A stretch of 64,000 bases of DNA. Origin: Paraspadella gotoi. Lineage: Eukaryota > Animalia > Chaetognatha. Positions 1-12,937 of the stretch are shown here, piece by piece. The DNA lies in contig CM119270.1 of assembly GCA_051294375.1 (NCBI GenBank), forward strand, positions 6,937,279-7,001,278, written 5' to 3'. Every line of letters starts with the position of its first letter. The stretch's first letter is position 1. A program made the position numbers and the translations under genes. A model generated the notes under the pieces. That model did no database searches. It was not told the origin of the DNA and worked only from the letters and a program-made list of their open reading frames with translations.

Positions 1-2970
1 GCTCCGATGATCGTCGTCATTGTTTCAATTTCCGTGTTTTTTCTGATATCAGAAGAGAAGCTTACAGCTGCGAAAGCATTCATGTCGTTGTCCATTCTCA
101 ACAGCATTCGAATTTCATTGTCATTGTTTCCCACGAGTCTTCTATTCAATGTCCACATGTTTGTCTCGGGCCGAAGGATTGACGCATTTCTTACGAGGAG
201 AGAAATTGATTCAGATGACGTCGATCATGAATCTATTGAAGGAATCTCAGTGAGGGTCGAACATGCATCTTTTTCGTGGGAGAGAGGTGAACCACCGTTT
301 CTTCAAGATTTGACCTTCGACCTGAAGGTCGGGCAGATGCTTGCTTTGGTCGGTGGCGTTGGCGCTGGGAAATCTGCAGTGATCAAAGCCATTCTGGGAG
401 AAATGAACAAAGTCACAGGGACTGTTAATACCCCTACAAAAATTGCCTACGTATCTCAGCACCATGGATACAAAATGGTACCGTTAAATGTAACATTCTC
501 TTCGGCAATGAGATGCTAAAGAGTGGTACATTCCGTCCTCGCGGCCACTGCATTGGGACCAGATTTGGAGAATTTTCCAGCGGGAGATGAACCGAGATTG
601 GCGAAGAGGAGTCATCTTTCGGCGGACAAAACTTCGTATTTCTCTGGCCAGAGCCATCTACGCTGACGTGGATCTTTATCTCCTGGATGATCCACTCTCC
701 GCTGTTGACACTCAAGTTGGGATGTACATCTTTGACAAAGTCCTCTCGGCTGGAGGCCTCCTGGGCAAAAAGAGTCGGATTGTAGTTACAAACGCTTTGA
801 ACCACCTTCCTCAAATGGACGGCATAATCTGTCTGAGCAGAGGCAGAATTGAGCGAAATGGCAGCTTAATAAACTTAAAGAGCAACGATGGACGTTTTTC
901 AAATTTCTTAAACAGATTCAGAGAACAATTTAAACAGAATTCGGACTTGGAAAGGACGCCATTAAGTTTGAACGTGAGAGAATCCGGAATGAAAATTGTG
1001 AAGGACAAGATGAATGGTCGACTGACGACAGTTGAAAATGTTAACCATGGCATGGTCAGTTTCCGTGCGTATCTAGATTACCTAAAAACCACAGGACGGT
1101 TAACGGCTTCAATGTTTTTCATCTCCTTTACTCTGTCACGCGCCTTTGAAATCGGTACTAATTTAACTCTCGCGGATTGGATGGACGAAATTCAAAATAT
1201 AACTGCGCCACCTGGGTGCAAATAAAAATCAATGTCAAATCAATAAACGAGAAAAAAAATATAATTAGCATTTATAAACTTTAAAACTATGGGAAAAAAA
1301 NNNNNNNNNNTCATTAGATTTTTGATTAAAAATATAACTTATCGTGTTTTTTATATGCTCCCTGGTTTATTAGCGCAAACTCAACTCTTTCGGCCGACAT
1401 AAACTCTCGCTACCTACTTCCTTACGTCCTCGTCGGACTCTCCTCCTCCACATTCCTCCTTATATCCGTCGTCTTACACATCTTCGGTTCCCTTTCCGCC
1501 TCTCGTCGTCTCCATGGCAACCTCACGCGGCGCGTCTTGGAGAGTCCCCTCTCATTCTTCGACGTCACCCCATTGGGTCGAATAGTGAATCGTTTCTCCG
1601 TCGACATGGATATTATCGACGCCAAAATCCCGAACGATCTCTTTTTCGCTTACGGCGGAATCTTCTACGGGGTCGGCTCCTTCGCGGCGATATCCCTGGT
1701 AAAGCCGTGGTTCTTGCTCGGCGTACCTTTCCTCGTCGGAGGCTTCGTCGCAGTCCAACGGGTCTACTTGCGCTCTGCTCGTCAGCTGAGGCGATTAGAG
1801 TCCACATCGCGGTCTCCTATATTCTCATTATTCGGCGAAACATTGCGAGGAATGTCCGTCTTGCGCGCCTTCAAGAAGCAGGACGACTTCAAAGGGGAAG
1901 CTCGGTTTCGAGTCGCCGAGAATCTGAGAGCAGCGTTTTACATGAGGTCGACGAACATTGTCTTATCGTTCGTCTTGGAACAGATGGCATCGTTGATCGT
2001 CCTGTTTTGCGCTCTTTTCGCCATTTTCGAAGAATCAACGACGGTGGGTGAGGCTGGACTCACCATTACCTACGCAATGTCCATGGTTCACATCATGATT
2101 TATTCCGTGCAAACGACGTCCAATTTAGAAAATAGCTTCATCGCCTTGGAGAGAATCAAGGAATATAGCACAATGCCAATAGAAGCACCATGGAGAAACC
2201 AAAGAAAGGGTTCCGTTAATAGCAATTGGCCGCTGACCGGGGAAATAAGCTTCAAGGATTATAGCGCCAAGTACCGAGAAAACTTGGATTTAGTCTTGAA
2301 GAATCTCAACTTTGATATCAAAGACGGACAAAAAATCGGCATCGTCGGAAGAACGGGCTCCGGGAAGTCGACTCTAACTCTGGCGCTTTTTCGCATCATT
2401 GAAGCGGCATCGGGGGGCGTGGCAATCGACGGATTAGAAACAAAAGAACTCGGCCTCCACGATCTCAGATCTAGAATCTCCATCATACCCCAAGATCCCG
2501 TCGTCTTTTCCGGGAGTCTGAGGACAAATATAGATCCCTTTGGGCTCCACGACGATGAAGAACTATGGAGAGCGATCGATCTGGCTCACTTGAAGGAGTT
2601 GGCCTCCGCTCTGCCCGCGGGGCTCGACCACGAGTGCGTCGAGGCGGGCGAGAATCTTTCCCTCGGGCAGCGTCAACTCGTCTGCCTCGCGAGGGCGTTG
2701 CTGAGGAACTCTAAGATCCTCGTCCTCGACGAAGCAACCGCCGCCGTCGACTCGAAGACGGACGCCTTGATCCAGAAGACGATTCGGGAAGAATTCGTGG
2801 GAGCCACCGTCTTAACCATCGCTCACCGCATCGACACCATCGTCGACTATGACAAAGTGATGGTGATGGAGAGGGGAGAAATCGTGGAGTTTGATTCGCC
2901 CGCGACTTTGATGGGGCGAAAAACTTCGGCGTTCTACGAATTGGCCAGAGACGCGGGGATTTTTCTGTGA
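1..2970 (+). CDS. ABCC: ABC transporter subfamily C (MRP-like), 5'-partial: end of TMD1, NBD1, TMD2, NBD2; exons <1-1215 and 1374-2970
   Basis: NBD1 has Walker A GGVGAGKS, the Q-loop region YVSQ(x)PWIQNGTV, and RISLARAIY...LYLLDDPLSAVD. TMD2 has FFDVTPLGRIVNRFSVD. NBD2 has GRTGSGKS, IIPQDPVVFSGSLRTNIDP, NLSLGQRQLVCLARALL, ILVLDEATAAVD and IAHR. A phase-2 GT-AG intron at 1216-1373 joins GG|C (Gly) in frame. Stop at 2968-2970, AATAAA near 3045. Several 1-bp deletions at ~460-630 break NBD1. Confidence 0.95.
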
Positions 2971-3811
2971 GGGTGTTTCATTGGTGATGGATTATCTATA
3001 CTCCGTGGTTTAAGCGCTTTTCGGTGAATGAAGTCTTATTTTTTAATAAAATGTTAAAACAGATGTTTCTTATGACGTTTTTATGACGTTAGCTGACTTT
3101 TTGACGTTTTGCAACGAGTCAGTTTTGGTTTACATTCCGTAAAAATTCAATAAATAGTACAAAAGACAATGGATTTACTAATAATTTCGCCGAGTTATAT
3201 TTACACTATGTATATGAACGACGCTTAAATGGTATTTTGGATTTTTTTTTTTTTTTTCGCGCTGGAAACGGGGCGAAACAAAGATAAATATTGAGTCGTC
3301 GTCAGATTCCACAACAGCAGTGAGAGCGGACTTGTGAAAAGCCGCAGCGAACGAAAAGATATCTTCACTGTGACTCTCAATTATCATTTATTCTTATAAG
3401 ACATTTGTTATTTAAACTTCATAGAAGAACTTAATTTATCTCCCTCCCGATACCAAAGACAACAGAAGAACACCGACGAAACAGATTCAAAGACAAAACA
3501 GAAACACACGAAAAAAACAAAAGATTGTCACATTAATTATTAATACATCTATTTTTATTTTCATTGCTCACCACATAATGGAAAAACAGGTTGGCAAAGT
3601 CCATTTTCTGACATGTTTTCACGGATTTCAAATGCTTTTTTTAAGCGGCCGTGACGTTTAATGTGAATCTATGGTTCCGTAAAAGACTTTGCAAAAGAAG
3701 ACGAAAAATGAAGATGACAAAATTAACTTTTTAATATCGAAAAAAAATAAAAAAAAGAAAATAATAAGCAAACGAAATAGAAAGGTTAAAGTAAACGGAC
3801 TCAAAACTGCA

Positions 3812-3903
3812 ATGACAACGTCCTTGTACCCAATTGATGGAAAACTAATACCTGAAATGGATTTTGTTCTATTATATTGGGCGTCATCCAATTAAGCTTT
3901 TAC

Positions 3904-3905
<2 letters not shown>
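3812..3905 (+). CDS. Candidate first coding exon of the C1orf87-like gene
   Basis: Reads MTTSLYPIDGKLIPEMDF, then after one frameshift YYIGRHPIKLLR. This loosely resembles the N-terminal PE..KIIGSK motif I recall for C1orf87. It runs into a (CT)n tract, so no donor site is visible. Confidence 0.3.
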
Positions 3906-3997
<92 letters not shown>

Positions 3998-4248
3998 GTT
4001 CCACGCTACATTTACCTTTTCGCAGCTCTCGCTTTTCGCCTGTGCCTTTTGTCTTTAACTTTTTTCGCTTCTCTCTCGTTTCTAGCTTTCATATTCTCCC
4101 CACATGATGTCGCGCCATTTCCATTTCCATGGATTTCCTTCCAGACGAGTGAAGGAAACAAAAAAACCAACACAAGACGTCGAAAGAAATTTTATTAAAC
4201 TATTTTTTGTTTTTTATCCCTTTTTTTAATCTTTTAATTTTTTCTCTA

Positions 4249-4286
<38 letters not shown>

Positions 4287-4290
4287 CCCT

Positions 4291-4339
<49 letters not shown>

Positions 4340-4627
4340 TCTTCTCTTCTGGGCCTCGGCTGTCTTTTGTTCGCCACGTAAGTAATTCATTTCCAGTTTT
4401 TGCTCCATTCTTTTTTTCTTTTTCCTTCTGATTCGTTCATCTAGATATATTTTCGTTTTCGCAATACTATAATTATTTATCTTTATTTCGCATAACAATG
4501 ATTGCATTTTGTTTACATCTTAGATATGATATGTACAGTTTCATTTAACTATATTTGCTCCGTTTTTCCGTCTTTTTTGTTTTATCCTCTTATTTTCACT
4601 CGGATAACAAACGAGAGGGAGGCAACT

Positions 4628-4694
<67 letters not shown>

Positions 4695-5359
4695 AAACGA
4701 TGACGATAGACTGCGACGACGAAGGTGGAGGAAGAGAATGATCGCGTCATCAAAAACAATCTTTAGGGAAATCTATTCTCGGCTGGAGANNNNNNNNNNN
4801 NNNNNNNNNNNNNNNNNNNNNNNNNNNNNNNNNNNNNNNNNNNNNNNNNNNNNNNNNNNNNNNNNNNNNNNNNNNNNNNNNNNNNNNNNNNNNNNNNNNN
4901 NNNNNNNNNNNNNNNNNNNNNNNNNNNNNNNNNNNNNNNNNNNNNNNNNNNNNNNNNNNNGATAGCGCCTCTTTCTCATTCCCATCTTGAGATTCGCTTC
5001 TCATATTCGTTAATTCTCCAGGTTCAGTGAATCAAAAAAATTCTCGTCCAATCAGAACAATCCATTTTTTGTCCAATGAGAGACTGCAAAGCATCTATCA
5101 TTGTCTTAATTACGTCGGATCATTTTTTTTAAAGAAAAAGCATAATTTCCTTTATATTCTCTCNNNNNNNNNNNNNNNNNNNNNNNNNNNNNNNNNNNNN
5201 NNNNNNNNNNNNNNNNNNNNNNNNNNNNNNNNNNNNNNNNNNNNNNNNNNNNNNNNNNNNNNNNNNNNNNNNNNNNNNNNNNNNNNNNNNNNNNNNNNNN
5301 NNNNNNNNNNNNNNNNNNNNNNNNNNNNNNNNNNNNNNNNNNNNNNNNNNNNNNNNNNN

Positions 5360-5531
5360 TTTTTTATGCCCGAACTTCACTTTGCCTCACTGGTTGAGGA
5401 ACTCTATAAGTCACTTTTTCGGTCGGTCGGTAGGTCCGTCTTATTCTTTATCTATTTGGCGGTTTATCCTACTTATATTTTAAATGCTAATTACTACGGT
5501 AATATTGCGTCATTTTAGTTAATACTTGTTC
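5360..5531 (+). mobile_element. Short Helentron-associated (HINE/DINE-1-like) element
   Basis: Starts with a T-run and carries 'aactctataagtcacttttcggtcggtc', shared with the element at 50205. It has a (GGTC)n microsatellite and ends in 'acttgtt'. Confidence 0.55.
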
Positions 5532-5654
5532 GTAAGTTGATTAAACGTTAGTTATATACTGTGCATATTTTTCATACTTGTGCACTCACGTGATTACTAA
5601 AAAAATAAATCCATGAAAGTTACTGCGGCCTTGAACGTGACGGTTCTTTTTTTT

Positions 5655-5742
<88 letters not shown>

Positions 5743-6120
5743 TTTTTCGGACGTTTCTCTTTTTTTCCCTGCTTTCCTTCAGAAATAAAACAATTTTTTT
5801 TTTTCATATACGTATTTTCCTTTTTTTTTCTTCCATTCGCTTTTAAATTTAAAACATTCATTAACCAAGTGTCTGTCTTTCGCATCTCTCTCTCAATCTA
5901 ACTCGGTTCTCTTCTTTTAACGAGTTATCCTTTCTCCATTTTCTTTTCATAATCTCAACTTTTTAATTTTTTACTTCTGTCTCCTTAATCATCTTCATCA
6001 TCCTTTTTCGTTTCTCTATTATTTTTTTTACTTTTCTTCTTTCTCTTTTTTTTTCCCTTGAGCTTCTTCTTCAAGTTCTTAATTTTTCCCGACGTTTCTC
6101 GTTTTCTCCCTCTGTCTTTC

Positions 6121-6156
<36 letters not shown>

Positions 6157-6494
6157 NNNNNNNNNNNNNNNNNNNNNNNNNNNNNNNNNNNNNNNNNNNN
6201 NNNNNNNNNNNNNNNNNNNNNNNNNNNNNNNNNNNNNNNNNNNNNNNNNNNNNNNNNNNNNNNNNNNNNNNNNNNNNNNNNNNNNNNNNNNNNNNNNNNN
6301 NNNNNNNNNNNNNNNNNNNNNNNNNNNNNNNNNNNNNNNNNNNNNNNNNNNNNNNNNNNNNNTAAAGAAAGAGCCGCCTTGCGTCGAGGCAAAGGAGGCG
6401 TGGCCCGGAACAAAGGTGGATCCCCGGTGTCGAACGAGCGATGGCAATGGCGAAGAAGCTTAAGCCTCCCGCTTAAGCTTATTCCTCGGAATTT

Positions 6495-6685
6495 GCGTCG
6501 GCTTATGAGTTGACATTAGCGTCGGCATTTGCGTCGGCAGCTGAGCTGGCATCAGCATCCGCATTTGTGTCGGCTTATGAGTTGACATTGGCGTCGGAAT
6601 TTGCGTCGGCAGCTGAGCTGGCATCAGCATCCGCATTTGTGTCGACTTATGAGTTGACATTGGCGTCGGCATTTGCGTCGGCTGA
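6495..6685. repeat. 72-bp tandem repeat, about 2.5 copies
   Basis: Unit 'cggcttatgagttgacattagcgtcggcatttgcgtcggcagctgagctggcatcagcatccgcatttgtgt'; 24-aa periodicity is visible in the ORFs on both strands. Confidence 0.85.
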
Positions 6686-6852
6686 TGGGTTGGACTCGAT
6701 CTTGCTTCTCTTAACCTTACCTTCCTTTGACTCACCCTCTTTTATTCCGCATTATTTAAAAACAATTCCCTTACTCATCTCATATTTCCATGTTTTCCTT
6801 TGACTTTACCTCAAACTCATTCTTCCCACCTTCGTCTGTCAGACTTATTCAG

Positions 6853-7010
6853 TCACCGAAAGAGCTTTCCCCCGGTCGTCTGCCCTTGAAGACGAAGACG
6901 ACGACGATGATAACGACGACGAAGACGACGAGAAGGAGGACAAAGGAAACAATGAAGTTTGCCCTTGAAGAGTCTCTGTTGTCGGCGCGTTCGAACGTCG
7001 ACGAAGATGA

Positions 7011-7043
<33 letters not shown>

Positions 7044-7173
7044 AACCGGATCCGAAATTCGGGATCCGGATCGCCTGATTGATGGACAGGGAAAATCTCC
7101 CTATGGCATCGGTGGCCCTGGCTTCGCGGGAGCCTCGCGCCTTTACAACCAAGACTCGCTCGCTTTGATGAAA
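6853..7173 (+). CDS. Candidate internal exon (Thr/Asp-rich), possibly of the C1orf87-like gene
   Basis: Acceptor ttattcag| and donor |gttggt bound an open, GC-rich frame SPKELSPGRLP...DPDRLIDGQGKSPYGIGGPGFAGASRLYNQDSLALMK (321 bp, phase 0-0). Confidence 0.45.
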
Positions 7174-7218
7174 GTTGGTATCTTCGTCAAATCGTCGTTA
7201 TCGTCGTTATCGTCGTTT

Positions 7219-7250
<32 letters not shown>

Positions 7251-8464
7251 TCCCTCGTTGGTGATGAATTTCTTCTTCTGTCTCCTCAGTTTTTAGTGAT
7301 GAAGGTGAGAAAATTACCGATTCGTTTGCATATTTCCTTGCCTCTCTCTAGCTTGTAAAAGCATTTTATTTTTATTTGTATCTAAAATTAAGATATAGCT
7401 TCTCATTAAAAAGGTCTTTTGAGTGTTCAATGTTTTTTATTGATTTCAAAGATTTTTTTTTGAATTTTCATCTTCAAATATTATTTACTGCAAATATGTA
7501 AATTAGATTAAAGCATTTCTAAGTATAACAATTTGGATATTATATTGAGTAACTATAATCTTCATTTGCATATTGCATGCTAAATCATAATGAAAGTGGA
7601 AAATTCAAACAAAAAATACTTGAATCCAAATGTAATATGAAAATTTCAAAGCTATTTTCAAGATGAGAAGCCATAATCTAAATTTTTAACTTAGCTTATG
7701 ATCGCAACTTTTGTAAAACTTCATTCGAATTCATTAATAATTTATTTAAAAAAAATACGGAAAGTCCCAGCCTAGAAACTAGAAAAGCATTAGTTTAGTT
7801 TTATACCAAAAAGCCGTGACGCCGACGACGCGACGACGATGCAGTGACGACCGTACAAGAAGCTGACCTGAATCATATTCAGCCTGAACCGGCTTCGCGG
7901 GAGGCTTCGATAAAAAATTAGTTTATAGACACATGATTCAGGAAATTTTATAAACGTCTGTCATAACAAGCTGCATATTCGTAAAGAGTATCAGAAAATG
8001 CATTTTATTTAATATATTGTACTGATTTCACTGTATTCATTGGCAGTTGGCATGAAACACCTCATAATCTATATATTAGAGGTGGAGCGATGAAAAGATT
8101 GAGCGATTGAAAATAATTTTTTTATTAACTTTGTATATGTAATACAAATAATTAAGCCCTTTTTTACTTTTGTTTCGGATTCTCCAGGAAAAAACTAAGA
8201 GAAACTTTTTGAAAAAAAAGTAGGTTTTTAGATATTTTTTTATATTAAACTGAAAAAATGACTAAAACGTTTTCATCAATAAATAGTTTCTATTACAGAG
8301 AGTTAAAGCTCCACTCTACTGTATATCTTGCTAATAATATCTAGGATTTACTAATTTGATAATAGTTCAAAGATATGGTAAAAAGAAATAGAAAAAACAT
8401 ATTAATGCATTTTTGCTTTCACTTATTTATATAAAAAGTTGTAAGATACTAATGATATTATTTT

Positions 8465-11400
8465 TTATTCTGCTAATACGACATTTCTTGCCTTCAAAAC
8501 CATGTATGAATGCGAAAAGCAGAGAGAAAAATAAAACTTTTTTGAGAACCCATTTGATCCAGACAGAAGTGTCTTCTTTCCTGGTATATAAGAAACGTTA
8601 AACTCTAAACCATTTTGTATTTCCCAAATCAATTGCTATGCTTTTTGAATTACTTTTTTATTATTATCTATTTGATCAATCTCTCCAAGATAAATTAAAT
8701 TCCACTGTATTCTGACAAATTTGGTTCCTTTAATGTAGCCAGTACATCGGGCTGAGATTTCTATTATTTATAGTTCTCCCTGAAGAAGAATCAAACGCTT
8801 ATTATTCTCATCCTTCCCTAACATCCCGCTTAGAAATTCCAAAATCTAATATTTTTTAGTGATGTTATTTGTCCCTCAGCAAGCTCCATTAGTTCAAAGT
8901 GATCTCTCGTTATGTTTCAGAGGGCACTATTTTTTTTTCAGAACCTATTACCTACCATAGAAAACTCACGACAGCAGTGTAAAAAAATTGTTAATAGGGA
9001 GTTACAATTTTTAAAACATTGTTTCTAGAAATTTGTAAGTACGTGCAAAGAGAATGATCTTGCTTGAAACTAACTTGTCTTATACCAGTCATCCACTCTT
9101 TTAATCCAGTTCAAGTAAACAAATTGATCTGTATTAAATAAATTTTGTTCATAAAGTTTTACAAGGTTTTTAAATCATCATCTATAACATTGGTCACATT
9201 CCAAAAGTGATCACTGCATCTTGTTTTATCTGCTCTCCTATTTAGTACTTAATTTTTAATAATAGCAGCTTTACACGACGGCAATGAATTGTATCTTCAG
9301 AAAATCTATTTGATCTAATCGATAAAAATCTTTTTATAAATTTACTAGCACGTTTAGTCAACATCTTGTTCACTTTTTTCAAACATCTACTAGGCCTTAT
9401 TTATTAAGTTGATCAATAATTTGTCAACAGAATTGTTACAATGTCTGCTGCTCTTTTTCCAATTTTCATATTTGATTATTTTGCTTCAATGGTAAGTCGT
9501 TTATATCAAATATCTTTTTCTCAAATAAAGTCTCACAAAAACTTTATCCGGAAAAAGCTTCTGCTAAATATGTCATGTAATAATTGCTTCCATTTCTGGC
9601 TTTGTATATTTATCCCGGCTCAAAGCAAAATTTTTGCATCCCCCTTTTCATAATTTCTATAAATTATCCATGCATTGTTTGTCTTTTGGATTTAGCCTCA
9701 GTGCACATTTTTTTCAATAATAAATGATCTTTGGTGGCATACATATGATAAACTATTCCTTGCTGCAGATAGTGATATTGGCTATTATTTTCATTGAGGT
9801 GTCACCGTCGGATTTTTTTTTTGCCCTGGCATTGTCTTCTATATCTGTTTTAATCAGAGAGATGGCTACCTGGAAAGCTCTCTTCGCTTTTTCAAAATCA
9901 TTATAACTCTAAACAATAAAAGCGTCTAAATGTGCATGAGCATTGGGGATCATATTTCATTTTGTCTCTTATTTTTTCTAACACCCTTCTTTTGGTCCTT
10001 ATTTTTTTTAATTGATTTAGATGTAGTGTACCATTTTCTTTTCATATCTTTTGATGCATGAGCTTCACGTCAGAAAAATATTAGTAAGAATTTCTGTTTA
10101 TCAGAATGATGTATTACGTCAACATCTCCCACAATAACTATAAATTCTTCAGCTAAACATGTAAGCCAAAATCAAATGAATCATTAGTTTCATTTGATTT
10201 TCACAAAGCATTAAACTTGTCTTTATTGTTTTCTTTAATATCATTTAATGTCTATTTGTTAAAACCTTCTATAGATATTAAGATGATGGATCATTTTTTT
10301 ATTTTTGTATCGTGTGTTTACTATTGTGGTTTTACTAAATACTGGAAAGCTCTCGCATTGGCTCTATTTTTTATCACCATAACATTTCTCCATCAGATAA
10401 TCCCATAACTTTTAAAAAATTTCTGTAACTCGAATCTCTGAATCACTGTGCCATATACATATAAATGCCCAAGTATTTGCACACAGTTTCAGCTCAGTAT
10501 CTAAAGCGTTGTAAACATTATTAACAACGCTTTAAACCTTTGAATTCATTCACAAATGCGGTAAGACTATATTCAATTAAATTTGAATTAGATTGAGCCT
10601 CAAGTTTCACTAATTCCCTGTTATTTTAATACAATTTTCATAACTATGGATAATATACCCGAGCTCTGTACCATTTCACCTTCCCAGTAATCCAAATCGA
10701 ATAGTTTTTACCAGGATCCTTAATAACATACCTTAGTATTAGAAATTTTTTATACTTCTTTTTGTAATAAGCGTGACAGCAAGAATTGGCTAAGAGATAA
10801 TTTTTAAGATCATGATATAGCTACCTTGTCAGCGTTCGTTCATAAAAATCAATACAGGTAATCCTGTTTTTCTATAATCAACAATATTTTTATCACAAAT
10901 CAGTTTTCCCATTTTCTGAGTTAAGTCTATCATTTGTTTTGTCGTTTACTTGTACAAAGGATATTGTTTATTGTATACTCCACAATAACTGCCATTGCTA
11001 TTGTTGCTGCAGCCTCCAGATGGGTGTGAAATATTTCTACACTTTCACTTCCAACTTTATCAGTTAATAATTCTATAATTTCGCCTTTTATTTCATCAAA
11101 ACAACTTCTGTGATGGCAAAAATCATAATCATCTAACTTTTGCATTGTTTCAGTTTGATACTAGCCCCTTTTCCAAAAAATCTTTTTCACATTCTGTTTA
11201 TCTTCTAAACATATAAAAGGGTCATACACACTGTTTAAATAGAGCACATCGAGTGTATTCCTCAATCCAAGAATTTCTTCTCGACTTAGTCGGGGATTAT
11301 TTCCCTGCTTTGGTCTTTCCATTCGGTAGTAGGTAACCAGTTGTGTTTTCTATTTTATTGGAAGTTTCCTTTCCATTGGTAGCTTAACTTGATTAAGATT

Positions 11401-12937
11401 TAGCTGGAAGTAACTAAACTTCTACCATGCCAAAGGTTATGTAACATACTAAATCTTCATCCGAGCATGCTATAATTTTTACATTACTTTTCAATCCGCA
11501 AAAATATATTCAAGGTTTGCAAAAGCTTTCTCTAGATATTTTCCAGTATTCGATTCTTATTCACAAGAGTAGAATTTTTGATGACACTGTTATATCCATT
11601 ATTAGAAAAAAGTTTGATTTCTTCTGCTATTTTTACGAATGCAACAATGCTTTCTGTAAACCATAGTTTTTGAATTCTTGAGGGACAAGACCTCAAATTT
11701 AGTTTCGACCCATAAGAAATAATCCAATTAGTGTATTCCTTCATCAATCTTGATATAGCGATCCTCCCGTGTTTATTTTCATAACGTTTGTGTGTATCTT
11801 TGTAATGATGATAAGGCCTTCAGTCCTTGACTTCTTGTCAAAATCCAAACTAGTAACCAACGGTATTCTCGTAAGAGATTTAAGTATGTTGTTCTACTAC
11901 ATTTATTTTCAGCTTCAGTAGTTAATGGACCTACTACGCCCCGATTGAAATTTGGCTCATAGCATTACAAAATGCGGTGGATTGACACAACATATTTAAT
12001 TGTTCCCTGTTCTTCTTCAGATACAGACTTCATCCTCTTATCTTCTTAAACCAATCAAGAATACGACTTATAAGTAGCATCTGTAATTTAAAATCATTTC
12101 ATTTTTATTTCCATTCTCCCAACAACGAGTTCTGTTTTTAGCTTTCTCCATCATCAAATATAATATCTTGAGAAACTATGCCGGGACTGACGTGGTACAT
12201 CTTTGCCTATCAAGTTAACCTCGAATATAGCATTTGATGAGTTATTCCTGCATATTTCATCATTAATTTCCTTCTATAAAACAAAAAATCTGGAATACTT
12301 TTTCAAAAAATTCTTATTCATAAGGAAAATTCTGTTACTATATTCCCAAAAATGTTCAACCCCAACTACTTTTGCCTTTACATATTTTTGATGATGGAGT
12401 AATCCCTATAAGTATTGTAAGCTTTTCCCTATCCGGAGAGTATTCCAAAGGACTTACAATATCTTTAATAAAGCAGATTCCTCTGGAGGAGTTATATACG
12501 ACAACTGATTGCTTAGGAAGGTTTGGCATTGGAGAATTTGTTCCAAATCTTCCTGTTTCAAGTTACCAGCACAAAAATTTCAAAATAGGTTCTCGAAATT
12601 CTTTTGTGGTTTGTTCATTGGTTTCGCATTCCTAAAGATTCAAGTAGAAAATTAGCAAATTTAATAATGTTTACCCACAGGACAGTCTAGACAGTAAAAT
12701 CATAATAATAATTCAAATCGAATAGTAGTTCATACCTCGTGAACATTTTTTAATACAAAACAATTATTTTTTATTTTTCAATTTATATGCATTAGCCCAT
12801 ATTATACATAATTAACTCACCATTAAGAAAATTTCAAAATTTTTATAAATGGTATTTTCTTATTTTTAACAGCTTTAGCCTTTTTACTCTTCAGTGGCCA
12901 CCTCAAGCTTTGTTGCCTTTAAGTCAAGTTCGGACAT
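8465..12937 (-). pseudogene. SAMD9-like: SAMD9/SAMD9L-like STAND NTPase (AlbA_2-like, SIR2-like, P-loop NTPase, TPR-like, OB-fold-like); frameshifted as assembled (pseudogene or consensus errors)
   Basis: Colinear motifs after frame repair: KEFREPILKF(C)AG and LIGITPSSKICKGK (~12370-12630); NKCSRTTYLNLLREYRWLLV-DFDKKSRTEGL (~11815-11905); TNWIISYG..W (~11720); LDVLYLN (~11240); VEIFH-PSGG-ATIAMAV-W (~10975-11040, Walker A region); GLPVLIFMNE (~10850, Walker B); YSLTAFVNEFKGL-VVNNVYNAL (~10500-10575); NAHAHL-RFY..DFEKAKRAFQVAI (~9860-9945); C-terminal V-FS..F..G-ARNVVLAE* with the stop at 8465-8467. A candidate ATG lies at 12937 with a GTGAGT donor at 12820. Confidence 0.8.

Noticed and set aside
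10440-10500. KYLG motif suggesting a LINE RT or endogenous viral polymerase in the 8.4-12.9 kb tract
   Set aside because: No YADD, GDN or SDD polymerase motifs were found in context, and the surrounding motifs are colinear with SAMD9-like proteins.
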